From positions 11,470,001 to 11,534,000 of the forward strand of contig JAQFVV010000003.1 in NCBI GenBank assembly GCA_028023455.1: a DNA stretch of 64,000 nucleotides. The letters run 5' to 3'. The notes below the pieces were generated by a model. That model was not told where the DNA came from, searched no databases, and saw only the letters and a list, made by a program, of their open reading frames with translations. A program made the translations under genes and the position numbers. Position 1 is the stretch's first letter. Every line of letters starts with the position of its first letter. Origin of the DNA: Epiperipatus broadwayi (Eukaryota > Animalia > Onychophora). This document shows positions 39,280 to 52,249 of this stretch, one piece after another.

Positions 39280-41500
39280 TATTTCATACAATAGAATCAG
39301 ATAACTATGTCAATTTTTAAATAATCACCATGCTGGTATCTTTGTCATTACAGAAACAAAAATTAATTTATCAACTAAACCAATCATTGTTAACACTCTA
39401 AATGATTAATAGATATCCATACATAAGCCCAATATCAATCCAGCCCAAGGTGTAGGTGTTGTAATAAATACACAATTTCCATTGACAAGATTAAAAATAT
39501 TTATTTCAGTCAATACAATTATTACCTTTATTTTTTAATTACAGTTGTACTATCTTATAGCAATATATTTATGCCAAAAAGCAAAAAACATAAATAAATA
39601 CTCTCATCATTACCAAATCCTACATAACACTGATCTAACAATCATGTGTGGTGATTTTAATTGCTGATCAATCAACTGGCCTTGTTCTGCAACATTCACT
39701 TTATCCTTCAAATGCTGTCATTTATTAGAGGTCAAGGATCTCTCATTGATCTCTTTTTTGTTTCTCCTACTGATCTCAAGACTTCAATTCACTTGTCTAG
39801 TGTTTCATTTTCTGATCATACCTGTGTAACTCACACAAAACACCCTTCAAAATAAAATAACAATTCATAAATTTACATTCAAGCATCAATTTCCTGGTGA
39901 GTTTAAATTAAATCTCATATATTAATTATGAGTAATAATTACTTTTATCAACTGCAGAATCTTTCTTCAATAGAAATATAAACACTATTTTAAAAAATTA
40001 TTAACAATTCTTATTCTGATCAATTAACAGATTATTTTTAAAATAACCTTATAAAATAATGTATTGATGACATCAATTCAACTCTTCAAGCTATAACATA
40101 ATTCAACTATAAGATAATTCAATGATGCAAAAACCCCTTATTCATAAACTGCAAAGTGAAGCTAATTAGATAAGTGTTCTTTATATCCAAAATATCATGA
40201 TATTTAAACCTAGGAAAGTAATCCCTAATCTTTCAACATTATCAACAACTACAGTAAATTATGTAAAATCAACTCCTCCTATATCTATGGTATTCCTGTT
40301 TTGATGAAAATAATATATACTTGTGTCAGGCATCAACATTGACATTGAATTTCTTAATCATTTAAAAACACTCTAAAAGCAGTTCATTATTGTCCATCCT
40401 CTATTAATCGTAATATACACCTTTCTCAAAATAATTATATCTTAAAAAAAAAAAATTCTTGAGAAAATTATGCACTTACATTCACACACCTCACTAGTAA
40501 ATAATCTTATTCCAGCTAATATTTGCAAGCATCTAAATTATATTATCATTCCCATTCTACATAAGTAATATATGTTCACATGAATATATTAATGTAAATT
40601 TCTGCCTTAGAAAAAAAAAATCAAAAGCATTATATTCTTCGGTGAATGATCTGTGTCACATCTCATTGGAGGTTATTGGTCAAAAAATTTTTTGCAATAA
40701 TTATTCTTAAACAAGTAAATAATCTTATTTTTCCCATGATTTCCTCATTATATTATGTAGTTAAAACCTGCCATGTATCTCAAACTATTCTTTTAGCACA
40801 GGAGTTAATAATGTATGCAAAAGAAATTAAATTATCAAATTATGTCACATGCCAGGTTGACTTTAAGGAAGCTTTCAGACTGATAAACTGGTATTGTTTG
40901 GTATATCATTACTATAAAAAATTATCTTACCAACAAATCTATCAAGCTTAAAAATAATATGCACCTCTCTTCATCTTTTAATCTAAGTTGAGGTATTCCA
41001 CAGGGCTCACCACTTGTTTCATTACTATTTGCAATATATATAGATCCCATGATCAAAGAAATTGAGCACTGCACAGATCACTTCCTTCCTCATCTTGGTA
41101 CTACTATCATAGTGATCTTCCAGCATTCTAGTTTAGATAATGGGCTTGGAATTTCTCTACCAGCACATTGGCCCAGGACTTTCTCTACTGGATCCTCACC
41201 TTTGAAAATAACTGGATGGCCCCAATTCATTTTATGGCTCATTCATTTTCACAAACAATGGCTTATACCAATATTTGTTTAATCCTAGAATCCTTCATTA
41301 ACCTTTCACACACACCTCACATAATTCAACCAATGCAATTATCATTTATACACAATTACTGTTTATCTATATTTAGGGTTATTTTATGTTGTCTTATTGT
41401 CAAGTATAAGTTGGATTATTTTATTTCTATTATGGATTGCTTGTTCTCCAATTTCATAGTCCAGATATGCTATTTTTTTCTTTTCATTGCCAGTCAATTA
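39280..41500 (+). mobile_element. Degenerate APE-RT LINE ORF2 (L1/Tx1-like or related; clade uncertain)
   Basis: FVITETK, IMCGDFN, GSLIDLFFV, FSDH (APE). TILLAQELI, QVDFKEAF..INW, RGIPQGSPLVSLLFAIYIDP at 40992 (RT). Confidence 0.8.
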
Positions 41501-41519
41501 TTTTGACCTACTTAGATTT

Positions 41520-42895
41520 TGTCAGGTGGTTCTTTTTGATTTTTTATGTCTGTGAGGCAAGAAATCAAGACCTACACCTAGGCTTGGCCTAGTGTTCTGG
41601 GAAGTTGACTTCTGGGTCATTGCTGGTGTGTTCAACGCCCCCCTTTTGCTAGGATTATGTGATGATCTATGTCTAATATTTTCCTCCCAACCATTTTTAT
41701 AAGGGCCAAAATTTATGATATTCATATTTGCATCTCTTTGTAGGAGTGTCAGTCCTCTTTCTCATGGTTTGTAGCTTGGCCTAGTACTGTCAAATGCTGT
41801 TAAGTCATCCAATTGCTTGACCATCTTACATCCCATGCATAATAGCATTTGCTCTACATTTAATGGGAAATTATGACATACAATACTTATAATGTGCTTG
41901 AATAGAGAGCTCACCATTAGCAATCTCAACATAGCTGCTTGGCATTGAAAGAATAGGATACAGTTCACCAGGATGCCATCTGTTCTGTGCCACCTGGTGC
42001 TTTAAGTTTTCTTGATGTTCATCACCCCAACAACTAATTTGAAGTGCACTTTTATATTCATCATACACTCCTATCAAATCTGGGTTCAGGTTGTAAATGG
42101 CTGCAAGTGATAGCTAATTTAGCTTCTTTATTCATCATGTTTATCACAATCTTGGCTCACTTTGTACTTCTTCACTCATCATGTATAACTCGCTCACCTG
42201 GCCATTAAACATACAAATTTTTAAAAATTGATTCACCATGGCCAGGTTGTTTTGACTCACTGCACTTACCTTCATGCCACCACACTCTTGGCTGGATGAA
42301 TCAATCCCACCATCTTCTTTTTTTATATGTGACCTCTATTTCTTCCAACCTCTCGACTGTTCTTGATTTATAATTCCAGCATTTCTTTTTTATCTTCTAT
42401 TTTCTATTATTTCTTTTCATAATAATTCTATGCTCTTTTCCTGTCTTACTCTTGTGTCTTCCCTTTCTTTAGCTATTCTGTCATTTAATTCTCTCTTATT
42501 TTGCTCTATTTGTTCCACAATTTTACTTAAGTTAATTATTTCATTCTTTTCAACATGGTTCTGTTCTATTCTACTTTCACCTTCCTGTTCTTCAGTTTAT
42601 GCTTTCTCTAACTCCATTTTTACTTTAGCTTCCATTTGCATTTACATCTCTTTATTTATCTATATTTGAAAAAAAATCCTAACCTTGAAACCCCATGGTC
42701 CTCTACTTCCTTATCTGCCTCTATAAAAAAAACCCTAATAAACAAACTTCTCTATTTCTCTGCCTGCATTTCTCTCTACTCCCTCCTTTTTATTTACATT
42801 TTATTATACTTATATATTCAATTACATCTTTTATATATATATTTAATATTATATTTTTTTGGGTAATTTCTCCCCTTACACTGCTCACCAACTTC
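41520..42895 (-). mobile_element. Possible LTR-retrotransposon gag remnant with PBS-like site
   Basis: PBS-like TGGTGAGCAGTGT (42890 to 42878) on the minus strand, then an E/K/R-rich coiled-coil frame (42640-42330) and LKICMFNG, which resembles the gag LP.FDG motif. Confidence 0.4.
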
Positions 42896-43849
42896 AAATT
42901 TTATTATTATGCATCTTAGATGTTTAGTTAAAATTTAGTTTCAAACAATAGCATTTAATTATGCTGGGTCAATTTATGGCGCATAGGCACTCACATTTGA
43001 TATTTATAATGATCATGGAATTTTTTAAGGATTATTTGATTATTCTACTTAAAATTATAATTATTATTATTTTTAACTGTCTACATTTGTTAAGTGACTA
43101 TGTATCTTTTCAATGTATTGTACTGTTAAAGTTTCAACAATTTGTACATTGTGTACTGTTTTAAAGCAATAAACAATATTATTTCTATTTATAATACCTT
43201 TGTGCCAGTAATTTCCCATTCAAACAGAGGGGTAGAATATCATTGATAGATTAACTGTCAATACCTATGATCAGATTGAGGTCACAACGAATGCACAATT
43301 CCAACTTTTTCCTGATCATAGCACCTCTCCATACTGCTCAGACAACACCAATCATCTAAGGCAATTTATTTGTTTTGAGACAAATCTCAAGTGCGATCCA
43401 GCCATATAAACTTATAGCCGACATGCCCAAACAAAAGGCAAATGAACCCAGTGCTTGAAACACAGGCCAGCTCCAACATCTTGAATAGGGAGCCAGATAT
43501 TAATAACAAGTACATATTAATAATTATAATCATATAATCATGATGATGCAGCTAAGAAAGAAAATAGACCAAGCAATATTTAAATAACACTTTTATTTCT
43601 ATGCACACCACAATCAATTAAATATTTCAATAACATATATATGCAATCCAATAAAATACACATACAATAATTCTTTAGCATTAAGTATCATTTATAATAT
43701 TGATTGTCCTTTCTTTTAATAGTCAATTTCCTCTTAATAATGTCTAGACTTTTACTTTATAACTTTAGAATGTTTATATTTACCTAGGTTTTCTTAATGG
43801 GGAGATATCTTTTTTTGTAATTAGCATATTTTGTTTCCATGGTCATGGT

Positions 43850-44030
43850 CCTGTCCATTTCTAATGCTTCTCATACTAATCATTCAATCACCAGCGATGA
43901 TTTTCTTTGTTTCCTTCCACATGCTTCTAAATGACAATAGGAGAGAATATGCAGCAATCTTATACTATGGTTGAGGCATTGATCACAGAAAAGAGAAACT
44001 GATGAAGCCAGGGACCCAGGGCACAAAGCC
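43850..44030 (+). mobile_element. Possible PLE 3' remnant with a broken HHR core
   Basis: SHTNHSITSDDF resembles the GIY-YIG C-terminal H..GH.I.FD.F. CTGATGAAGCC...GGC at about 43998-44021 lacks GAAA. Confidence 0.3.
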
Positions 44031-45530
44031 CAGACAAATACTCCTGAAGTTCTTTAGCACTACACATTACCACTTTTATGGCCTTTACTTTTATATTTTA
44101 TGCAGTTAGAAATAAATGATTCTCTGATGATCTTGTTGACTACATCACACACAAAATTTGAGTAATGATAATAACAAGAGACAAGCCGCCACTTTTGTAC
44201 TTACTCTCCTATTGTCCACTTTTATCAAAATTTTAGATTTTAATTAAAATTGATTTATCTAATCTTTTCTTAGATTAATCCACAACCATATTGGCCAGGA
44301 ATCTTTCCAACATTTAATTGCATTCATATCAAAAAGATAGTTTAGCAAGATTATTTTGATTAGTTAATTTATTGTTTATTGAAAATTTTAGTTTCATTTC
44401 CATTTATTTACATTTTAACATTTATTTTTCCTTTTATAACATTTATTATAAAAAAAAGACAGCGGTTCTGAATCTTTATTTAAACTGGATTCTTTTTTCC
44501 CTCCCTAATTATTTACTAAAGACAAAAAGAAAACAAATCTACTTAAAAGATCTGATGCAATATTTTTAATTTATTCTTAAGCTATTTTTTTTTCATACTT
44601 TATTGTTTTTAAATTATTAAAGTATATGTAATGCATATATATGTATTTTATAACATATATATTTGTGAGCATTACAATATATTACCAATTATGAAATCAC
44701 ATGGAATTATGCAGAGAATTTTTATTGATTATCAAATGTAAGTCAAACAATAATAAATATTAACTATTAACTTTGAATAGTATTAAACTATATGAAAATA
44801 AAACAGAAATGCCTAAATTCTATTCATCTAAGAAATAATTAAGCAAATCTATCTTACACTATTCTTATGCTTTTCGATGTAAATGAAAATTTCTTAAACA
44901 TGTTGAAATTTCAAAGTGAAATTAATATTGATACTAAGTGTATATATAACATTATCAATTGTAAAATCATATCTAATTTTCACAGACAATTAATGCTGTG
45001 AGCAGTTAATATTTAATAATATTTGGTTTATTTATTATCAATGAAGAGATTGTTAAAAATAACTTTATTTTCTGCCTAATTATATATGATTTCTTAACTG
45101 ATAATATCATATATACATTTAACATCAATATTCATTCCACTTTGAAAATTCAATGTATTTGGCAAACTTACTTTTATTTATATTAAAAAGTAAGACTCAT
45201 TTGATATAATTTATTCCCTTTGTTTGCTAACATAACATTATAGGTTTTTTTAATTATTTCGTAATTAGATGGAGTAGACATCTCTACTTTATTTTTTTCT
45301 TATTAATATTTTTTGATCAATTAAAAAAAATAACTAATTATTTTTACATAAAAAAAAATCTAGTTATCTGCCTGGCATGTTCTATTGCAAGTTGCATTAT
45401 TAAAAATTTATCATTCACTTTAAGTTCTGGATTTTTTTTCACATAAATTTCAATAATATTTTGAAGTTATATTACTCCACAGCAAAGGCCAACTTATATA
45501 AAAAAATTAAATAGTATAAAACATTTAATA

Positions 45531-45694
45531 TCATTAAAAACCAGTCAACACTTAGACAATCCCTCCATCAATAACAATCAGGAATTTCGAACTATTGTCA
45601 AGCCAAGCTCCTTTTAACAATGAAGGTGAAATCCAAGAATTTGAAATTCCAGATTGATATTGGGATTGTCTAATTGTTGACTATTTTTTAATGA
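45531..45694. mobile_element. Small MITE-like element with 33-bp inverted arms
   Basis: TCATTAAAAA(CC/AT)AGTCAACA(C/A)TTAGACAATCCC at both ends, 3 mismatches. Confidence 0.75.
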
Positions 45695-47072
45695 TTACTT
45701 ACAAACCCATTTAGCCTTGAACATTATTATAGTTAACATTTAATATGTATAAATACAACTGGGATTTGCATAATTTATATATATATATATATTAATATAC
45801 TGCAAATAACTTCCTTTTTATTTTCAAAAATCATTGTTACAACATATAGCAGAATATTGCAATGTAGCCATGTTGAATGAAATAAATGTCAAACATATAT
45901 AAAAATAATTGTATCTAAAAATAATCATAATGATCCCCCAGAAAATACTTTGCAATCCCTTAGGGGTCATGACTGACATGTTGGATGTATATAAATAACC
46001 AATATATTTAATTTTTAAAATATGCTTATATTTTCAATAATAATTATCACTTTATTATTTATACATTATTTTAAAATTGTAAATACGTTTAATTATTTAA
46101 AATTTTAAAAACTTGGATTAAATAAATTATAAAATATTTTTTATTTAAATACAAATGTTAATTCACATTTTAAAATTAAACATAAAATCTAAAAAAAAAA
46201 GATTTTGGATTAACGTATAATATTTATTAAAATAATGATTAACATAGAGAGAAAAAATTAAGTAATTTATGCATAAAGTCTGAATTCTTGCAGCCATAAT
46301 TGAAATCATTTTTTCAAAAGAAATTAAAATCTTATATATTTTTAACAATTTAGATGTGTTTTAATTTTTTGTTTTAAACTTGTTAACTACAGGAAAATTT
46401 CATTATACTGTTTCCATCTTTTATTTTCTTGCATTTTTAACATGATCTTTTCAATTACAGAACCAGTGATATAAAAATTTTATTTTTTTCCTGGCTCTAT
46501 CATTTTAAAAACTGTCATGAACTGTATCTATTTTTATAAATCATAATTTTAATGCAATATTTTTCCATATAGATATTTTTCCCCTCTTAATGTGAAATGA
46601 CAACGTACTTTTTTGTTCTATGTGCTTTTTTTATTATTTTGAACTAAATGAAGACTTGGAAAACATTCTGTTGCCATGAATTATGCTTTTATCAAAAAAT
46701 AATTCTAAGTACAATCTTCATTGCAAGTTATTTAAAATGTACTCATGTTTATTATTTCATATATTACCCTACTTTATTATATTTTATTCCTATTATTATT
46801 TTGAATCACCTTTTCTTTTATTGAATAAAAGGAATATAAGCAAATGATGAACTTGAGGTTGTGTTTAACTTTGCTGCAACGCATGAAGTATTGAAAAAAG
46901 TTAAAACTTTCAAGAAATATTTATATTACATCATATATATTGTAACGGAAATGTTTTTTTGAGGTTGGTTATTTTATTTTTATTTTATTTATTTTATTAT
47001 ACTTTTATTTTTACAACTTTTATTCTTCCTTTCATTTATTTATTTCTTTATCAATTTGACTATGCCCAAAAT

Positions 47073-47090
47073 ATCCCAGCTTAGCCTCCA
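47073..47090 (-). promoter_or_regulatory. Primer-binding site, tRNA-Thr-like
   Basis: TGGAGGCTAAGCTGGGAT matches 15/18 positions of TGGAGGCACCGCTGGGAT, the complement of the animal tRNA-Thr(AGU) 3' end as I recall it. Confidence 0.6.
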
Positions 47091-47092
47091 AC

Positions 47093-47436
47093 TGTAATGA
47101 ATATTGTTTATTTAGTTTGGTTTACTACGGATTTTTCAATCATTAATTAATTATTTAACCAATGCCGTTACAATGCAAGCAGAGAGTTAATACAGATACA
47201 AATTTAACTTCATATCTGTACCCTTGACCGAACTCCGAGGCAATACGTACATATTATCTTGGTGTTATTTTTCCTAATCAAGATCCTCGGCTGCTAAACA
47301 AAGCAAACTATTTCCAAAAAAATTAATAAATGTCTAGTGCTTGCTATTTATGTTTTTTATAATTGGGAGATTCTCACAAACAAGCAGAACACGACTGCTT
47401 TAAGAATCAGCCTTACCCTTTAATCAATAAATTACA
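47093..47436 (-). repeat. LTR, 344 bp
   Basis: Perfect 6-bp terminal IR TGTAAT...ATTACA, AATAAA 14 nt from the end, PPT AGGGGGGAAAC immediately upstream and a PBS 2 nt downstream. Confidence 0.8.
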
Positions 47437-50400
47437 GTTTCCCCCCTGTCGTAGCTTGGTGATAGGAGAATAAAGCAAGTGCAAACACTTTAAATATAAT
47501 GAATAATGTTTAATGGCAATCGCACTGATATAAATACATAAAAAGAATAAACACACACATATATAAAAAAATTACACAATAAAATACACACTTATATAAA
47601 TACGTAGCTATAATAAAATAGAGTAAAGCATTTCGAATATTGAAGTTATCTTGAAGTCCTATTGGGCAGAGTTCTAGATCTATCAAGATTGTTCCATCTT
47701 TATTTATTTACGAATATTGAAATAAAATGCATGCATGCTTTAATTATCTAGGTTTTCATAGTAGTTGTTTCCATGGGCATTTCTTTCGAGCGCTCGTTAC
47801 CGTCCAGTGGGAGATCATCCCTTTTTTTGTAGAGACGGTATGTCCTTCATTGTCAGCTGGATTGATTTTCTCTCTCAATTTGATTTGGTTATTTCTCATT
47901 CCAGTTCTTTTTCTTCTTGATTCTTTGAGTAGATTTTTAAGTCGTTCAGTTACAGAAGTGGCGGTCTCTCTAGCAGGTCAGGCATACATCTTATACATTG
48001 CGAGTCAGTGGTGAGATGGGTCAAGTACAAACCCACATTCCCTTATGCCACTAGCTGAGCACTTCTTTCATTTCTTCTATTTTTTTTTTTTTTAGCTGCT
48101 GCTTCTTCAAAATCTCTACTCGTAATAATTTTAGATAAGTGTCTTCTGGTCTTACTGTCCTCTCTTTTGATCATTGTTTTCTGTAAATTTTTAATTAATT
48201 CTTAGATTTCCAATGAATTCTTATCAACATATTTCTTTAATTAGGGGCTGGAATGTAGGTTTTAATTAATCGATCTATAATTATAAGCTTTTCCTTCATA
48301 TACATTCTTCTTTGTCCGAGGAATTCAATTAGTCCAACAGACTTTCACACCACTAATTTATATGGCCATATTGTTTTTATATTACATATTTCATTTTAAT
48401 TTTTACTTAAAAGTTTATAATTCATTTTTTCAAGTTTATGTTTACAATTTATTTTAACTTGTTACAATATAGTTTATGCAGAGAAAAAGACACATTTCGT
48501 TATGCATCCCCTTCCCCTCTCCTGCAATAAACAGAAATAATTTTCAAGCTTTCAACTAGCTGATTGTTTTTTAAAAGAGAGAAAGAGACGCATTTCTTTA
48601 TGCACCCCCTCCGCTTCTCTTACTATTAAAAAAAATCAAAAGTAATTTCGATATTTCTAAATCTCAACTTTTTCTTTTCTTTCTTTTTTAATTTCTAGTA
48701 GCTAACCCATTTACCTTATTAATTTCTAGTAGCTGACTTATCTACCTTTAGTAATAAATATATACGTGTGATGACGACTTTACGTAGTCATCACAATATA
48801 TATAGAAAGCAAGCAATATGATACCACACACAATAAGAGTTTTAAATCTAACAGGATCATACTTTAATTTGAGATGTAAAGTTTGCACAAAACAAATAAT
48901 CATTCAAAGATTTTTGCAATAAGCAATAAAATTAAATTTTCTTAACATTTATAATATCTCTTGAATTGTAGTTTTTTTAAAAAAGAATAAATTAAAATCA
49001 AGACTGTCATAGATATTCTAATGTCATGCAGATACCTTCAGTAACTTCTTACATATGCATATGTATACATATTCATATCAAACATAATAAAGAAAAATTT
49101 TGGCTGATGGTCCTGGATTATCCAATGATGATGCTGTCTCACATTCAACATTCAAATATGTATATCAACTATATTACCACAACATCAAGAGAGCATTAGA
49201 TATGTGCAGCATTAAAATAGCAAAAGTTCAGGTTTTTTAAAACTATATTTATATACACAGAATAAAGAACTATTTAAAATTCAGACACCATTTATCTTCT
49301 ATGAATAAGAACTAATTCTTAAAAATGAGCACATCATACATGCATCCAACTACAGACTCAAATAGTTTAAAAAAGGAAAAAGAAAATACTTTTATTGACT
49401 GAAAAAAAATAGATTAATTATATAATATAAATTCATATCATCTATACATTCATAGTTACACATTAATGTATGATTTTTATGTATAGTTTTCAAATGGAAT
49501 TTATTATGAAATATATTTTTAATATTTTTATTATTTTGATAAATTCAAACATGTTCACTTAATACTAAGTCAATGTGGTTTCAAATAAACCTATTGGAGC
49601 ATATATGTAAATCAATGTAATAACTTGAACTTTGTAAATCACATATATGTAAATCACAATGTGATAATTTTTTAATTATATGTTAATCAAAATCAGAAAG
49701 CTTTAATATGTATAGCATATTCTATAGGCCTTAATATCATTTTTATATTGTTATTAGTAAACTTGAATTCAATTATTAAAATTGTATTGCATCATTATCT
49801 CTTGGTCACCATAACAGTTATAGAGCTTGTATTCTTCTGAGATAGATTTGTGTATAATGGCTAATATATAAATGGGATGTATATTACTGCTTTTGGGCAT
49901 CCAGAGATGATTAATCATCATCCTAGTTGGTGTAAAAAAGAATACTATTTAAAGCCCATGTACTACATTTTATTTTAGTTTAGTCTTATTAGAAGCTAAG
50001 TTTATAGCTGGCCAGTATAAGTAGATGATGATCAACATATTTTAATATCCCAGCATTATTGTTTTTCTGATTTTTTCTAGTTATATATTCTATGGATGAG
50101 CACTTATGATGGTGCATCCAAATTATATTTAAATAACTGCCCAAGCTAACTAAGACTCAATAGTTAGCTCATATCACCAGATTGACTGTTGATTTATATT
50201 TTTTATTGTTCAAATTCAGTCACAATATTGGTTGTTGATTTTATTCTGATGTAGTTTGATTGATGGATCATTCATGATGGTGAATGGTTTCTTTTGAGTA
50301 TCACTATACTTATTTATAATGCTGGTTGATTTATAATGATACTTATAGTTGCTCTAAGGAGGTAACTGATTTCTTCTGAGTAACTAACTGGCTGATCTCT

Positions 50401-51633
50401 CAGAGATCTCTTGATCTCATGCTTTCTTTAATATATATATATATATTATTGGGATATCTTCTCACTTTAATATCTATATCTTTAATATTATTTTATTTTA
50501 CTTAAATATCTTACTAATATCTTTATATTTTAATGTCTCTTATTTACTGGGATTGATAATGATTTGCCATTATCCTAATTTCACCACCTCCCCCATTCTA
50601 ATTATATATATATATATAAAAGAAATATTACAATAAGATAATGAGATAAGACTGTAACTTAAGTAACAAAAAATATTCAATTAAAAATAAGTTTGGCATT
50701 TATAACAATACACCCTAATTAATATATATATATATGCTTGAAATTAAACATATAATTAAAAGAATTAATAAGGTTTACAAAATATTTTTTAATATATTAA
50801 ATATAATACTAAATATTTTAATTAAAGTAGCACATTAAAATGCTTATTTTTTCTTATACCAGATAATTCATGAAATAAATCAGTCATCACAGTTTATATT
50901 AAAAATATTTCTTACATGGCAATTGTCAAAAGATTTAACTTTTTGGTATAGTCTTTGCTTTTAATTTGATACTTTTCAACCTTTAGATAAAGATATTTTA
51001 TTATAATTTGTCATATTTCAACACAACATAACCAGATTGATTACTAGTGTACATAAGAGACTTCTAATTTTTTGCTAGAAAATCAGGAAAGATTAAGCTT
51101 TGGGTTTTAAAATTATTAATTACAAAACAATTTCTTTTATGCTTAATAAGTGGAAATCTAACTTTTTGCAAGCTTTTCTTAAGATATCAGTTTAAATTGC
51201 TACCAACCTCCTCTTACTGCTATTCTTTCAAGTTGCTCATTAGAACAAAATAAAATATGATTCAACAAGATTTCTAGATAATCAACATTGTCAAAATGTT
51301 AGCAAATACTCATTAATCTACAATGCAATAGCTTTCTTACTTCTGAATTAATATCCCTCTGACTTAATATACTACTGATATAAAAGTTTAATGCAAATGT
51401 TGATAAATAACTTTAAAAATTCATTTTTAATCGTGCAACAACCCTTTTAACAACTAAAATTATTTGTTTGATATTTAAAACAACAAATAAACATAAATTT
51501 TAAATTGCATGCATTCAAAAAATTTGGTAAACACAACCAATTAATTTACTTAAGCATAAGACTTTTATTAATTAACAAAAATATAACTGAAAGAAAATTC
51601 CAAAACTAATTTCTAGCTAAAATATGTTTTGAA

Positions 51634-51669
<36 letters not shown>

Positions 51670-52249
51670 CATTTCAGAGAAAAAAATTAAAATTCTATTT
51701 GAAAAAGATTTAAAATTTTTAGAAATCATTTTAAACTAATTAATATTTATTGATTTTGTCTGTGTATCATTGTACATACATAGGTTTTACAAGATAGAAA
51801 CACTAAATTTGTTAATAATAATACAAGATATTATAGCCATAAGCATGCAAATTTCAGAAATAATAGATATGAAATGTTTTGAATGACAAAACCAGAGTTA
51901 TATTTTATATGTATTTTAGTGAATTACCATTAAATTGTTCATATTTATAATTTTTAAGATGTTTGGTACTATTATTTTCTAATTTTTTTCATTTATTTTC
52001 TCCAGTCTCTTGAAAAATAATGATAAAGATAACTCTTTATAATAAAATTAATTAATATGTTGTTATTTTTTAAACTTGAGTTATCATTTAAAAATAATAA
52101 AATAATCTAAAATTCTTCTGAAAATAAAATTTGTAAACTTATATAAAAGTGAGTATTAAATTTTTGCTTTGTTTTTTTTTTAATTATAATTTGCAATATA
52201 AAAAGGCATGGAAAATCTATACCATAACTGTTTTCAAATGGATCATAAA

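Larger units (their letters stand above)
46941..48795 (-). mobile_element. Composite Gypsy-like LTR element in a TA target
   Basis: TG...CA outer ends with ATAT flanks. Minus-strand gag-like DFEEAAAK..IEE and CLTC*RDRHF (zinc-knuckle-like), PPT (47437-47447), LTR (47436-47093) and PBS (47090-47073). Confidence 0.65.

Noticed and set aside
41871-42077. CWGDEHQENLKH read as the CCHC finger of a restriction-like-endonuclease LINE
   Set aside because: The downstream RHN and PD..D motifs are missing, and the context fits a gag remnant or chance.
43200-43520. WLPIQDVGAGL resembling the LINE thumb motif LP...GGLG
   Set aside because: Single weak motif and no supporting RT blocks.
45944-45990. GGGGTCATGAC resembling a Charlie-type MITE end
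   Set aside because: Too short, and no partner TIR.
49100-49230. Exon-like frame LADGPGLSNDDAVSHSTF and a possible C-box ATGATGA snoRNA
   Set aside because: In-frame stop immediately upstream with no good acceptor. No D box or terminal stem at a suitable distance.
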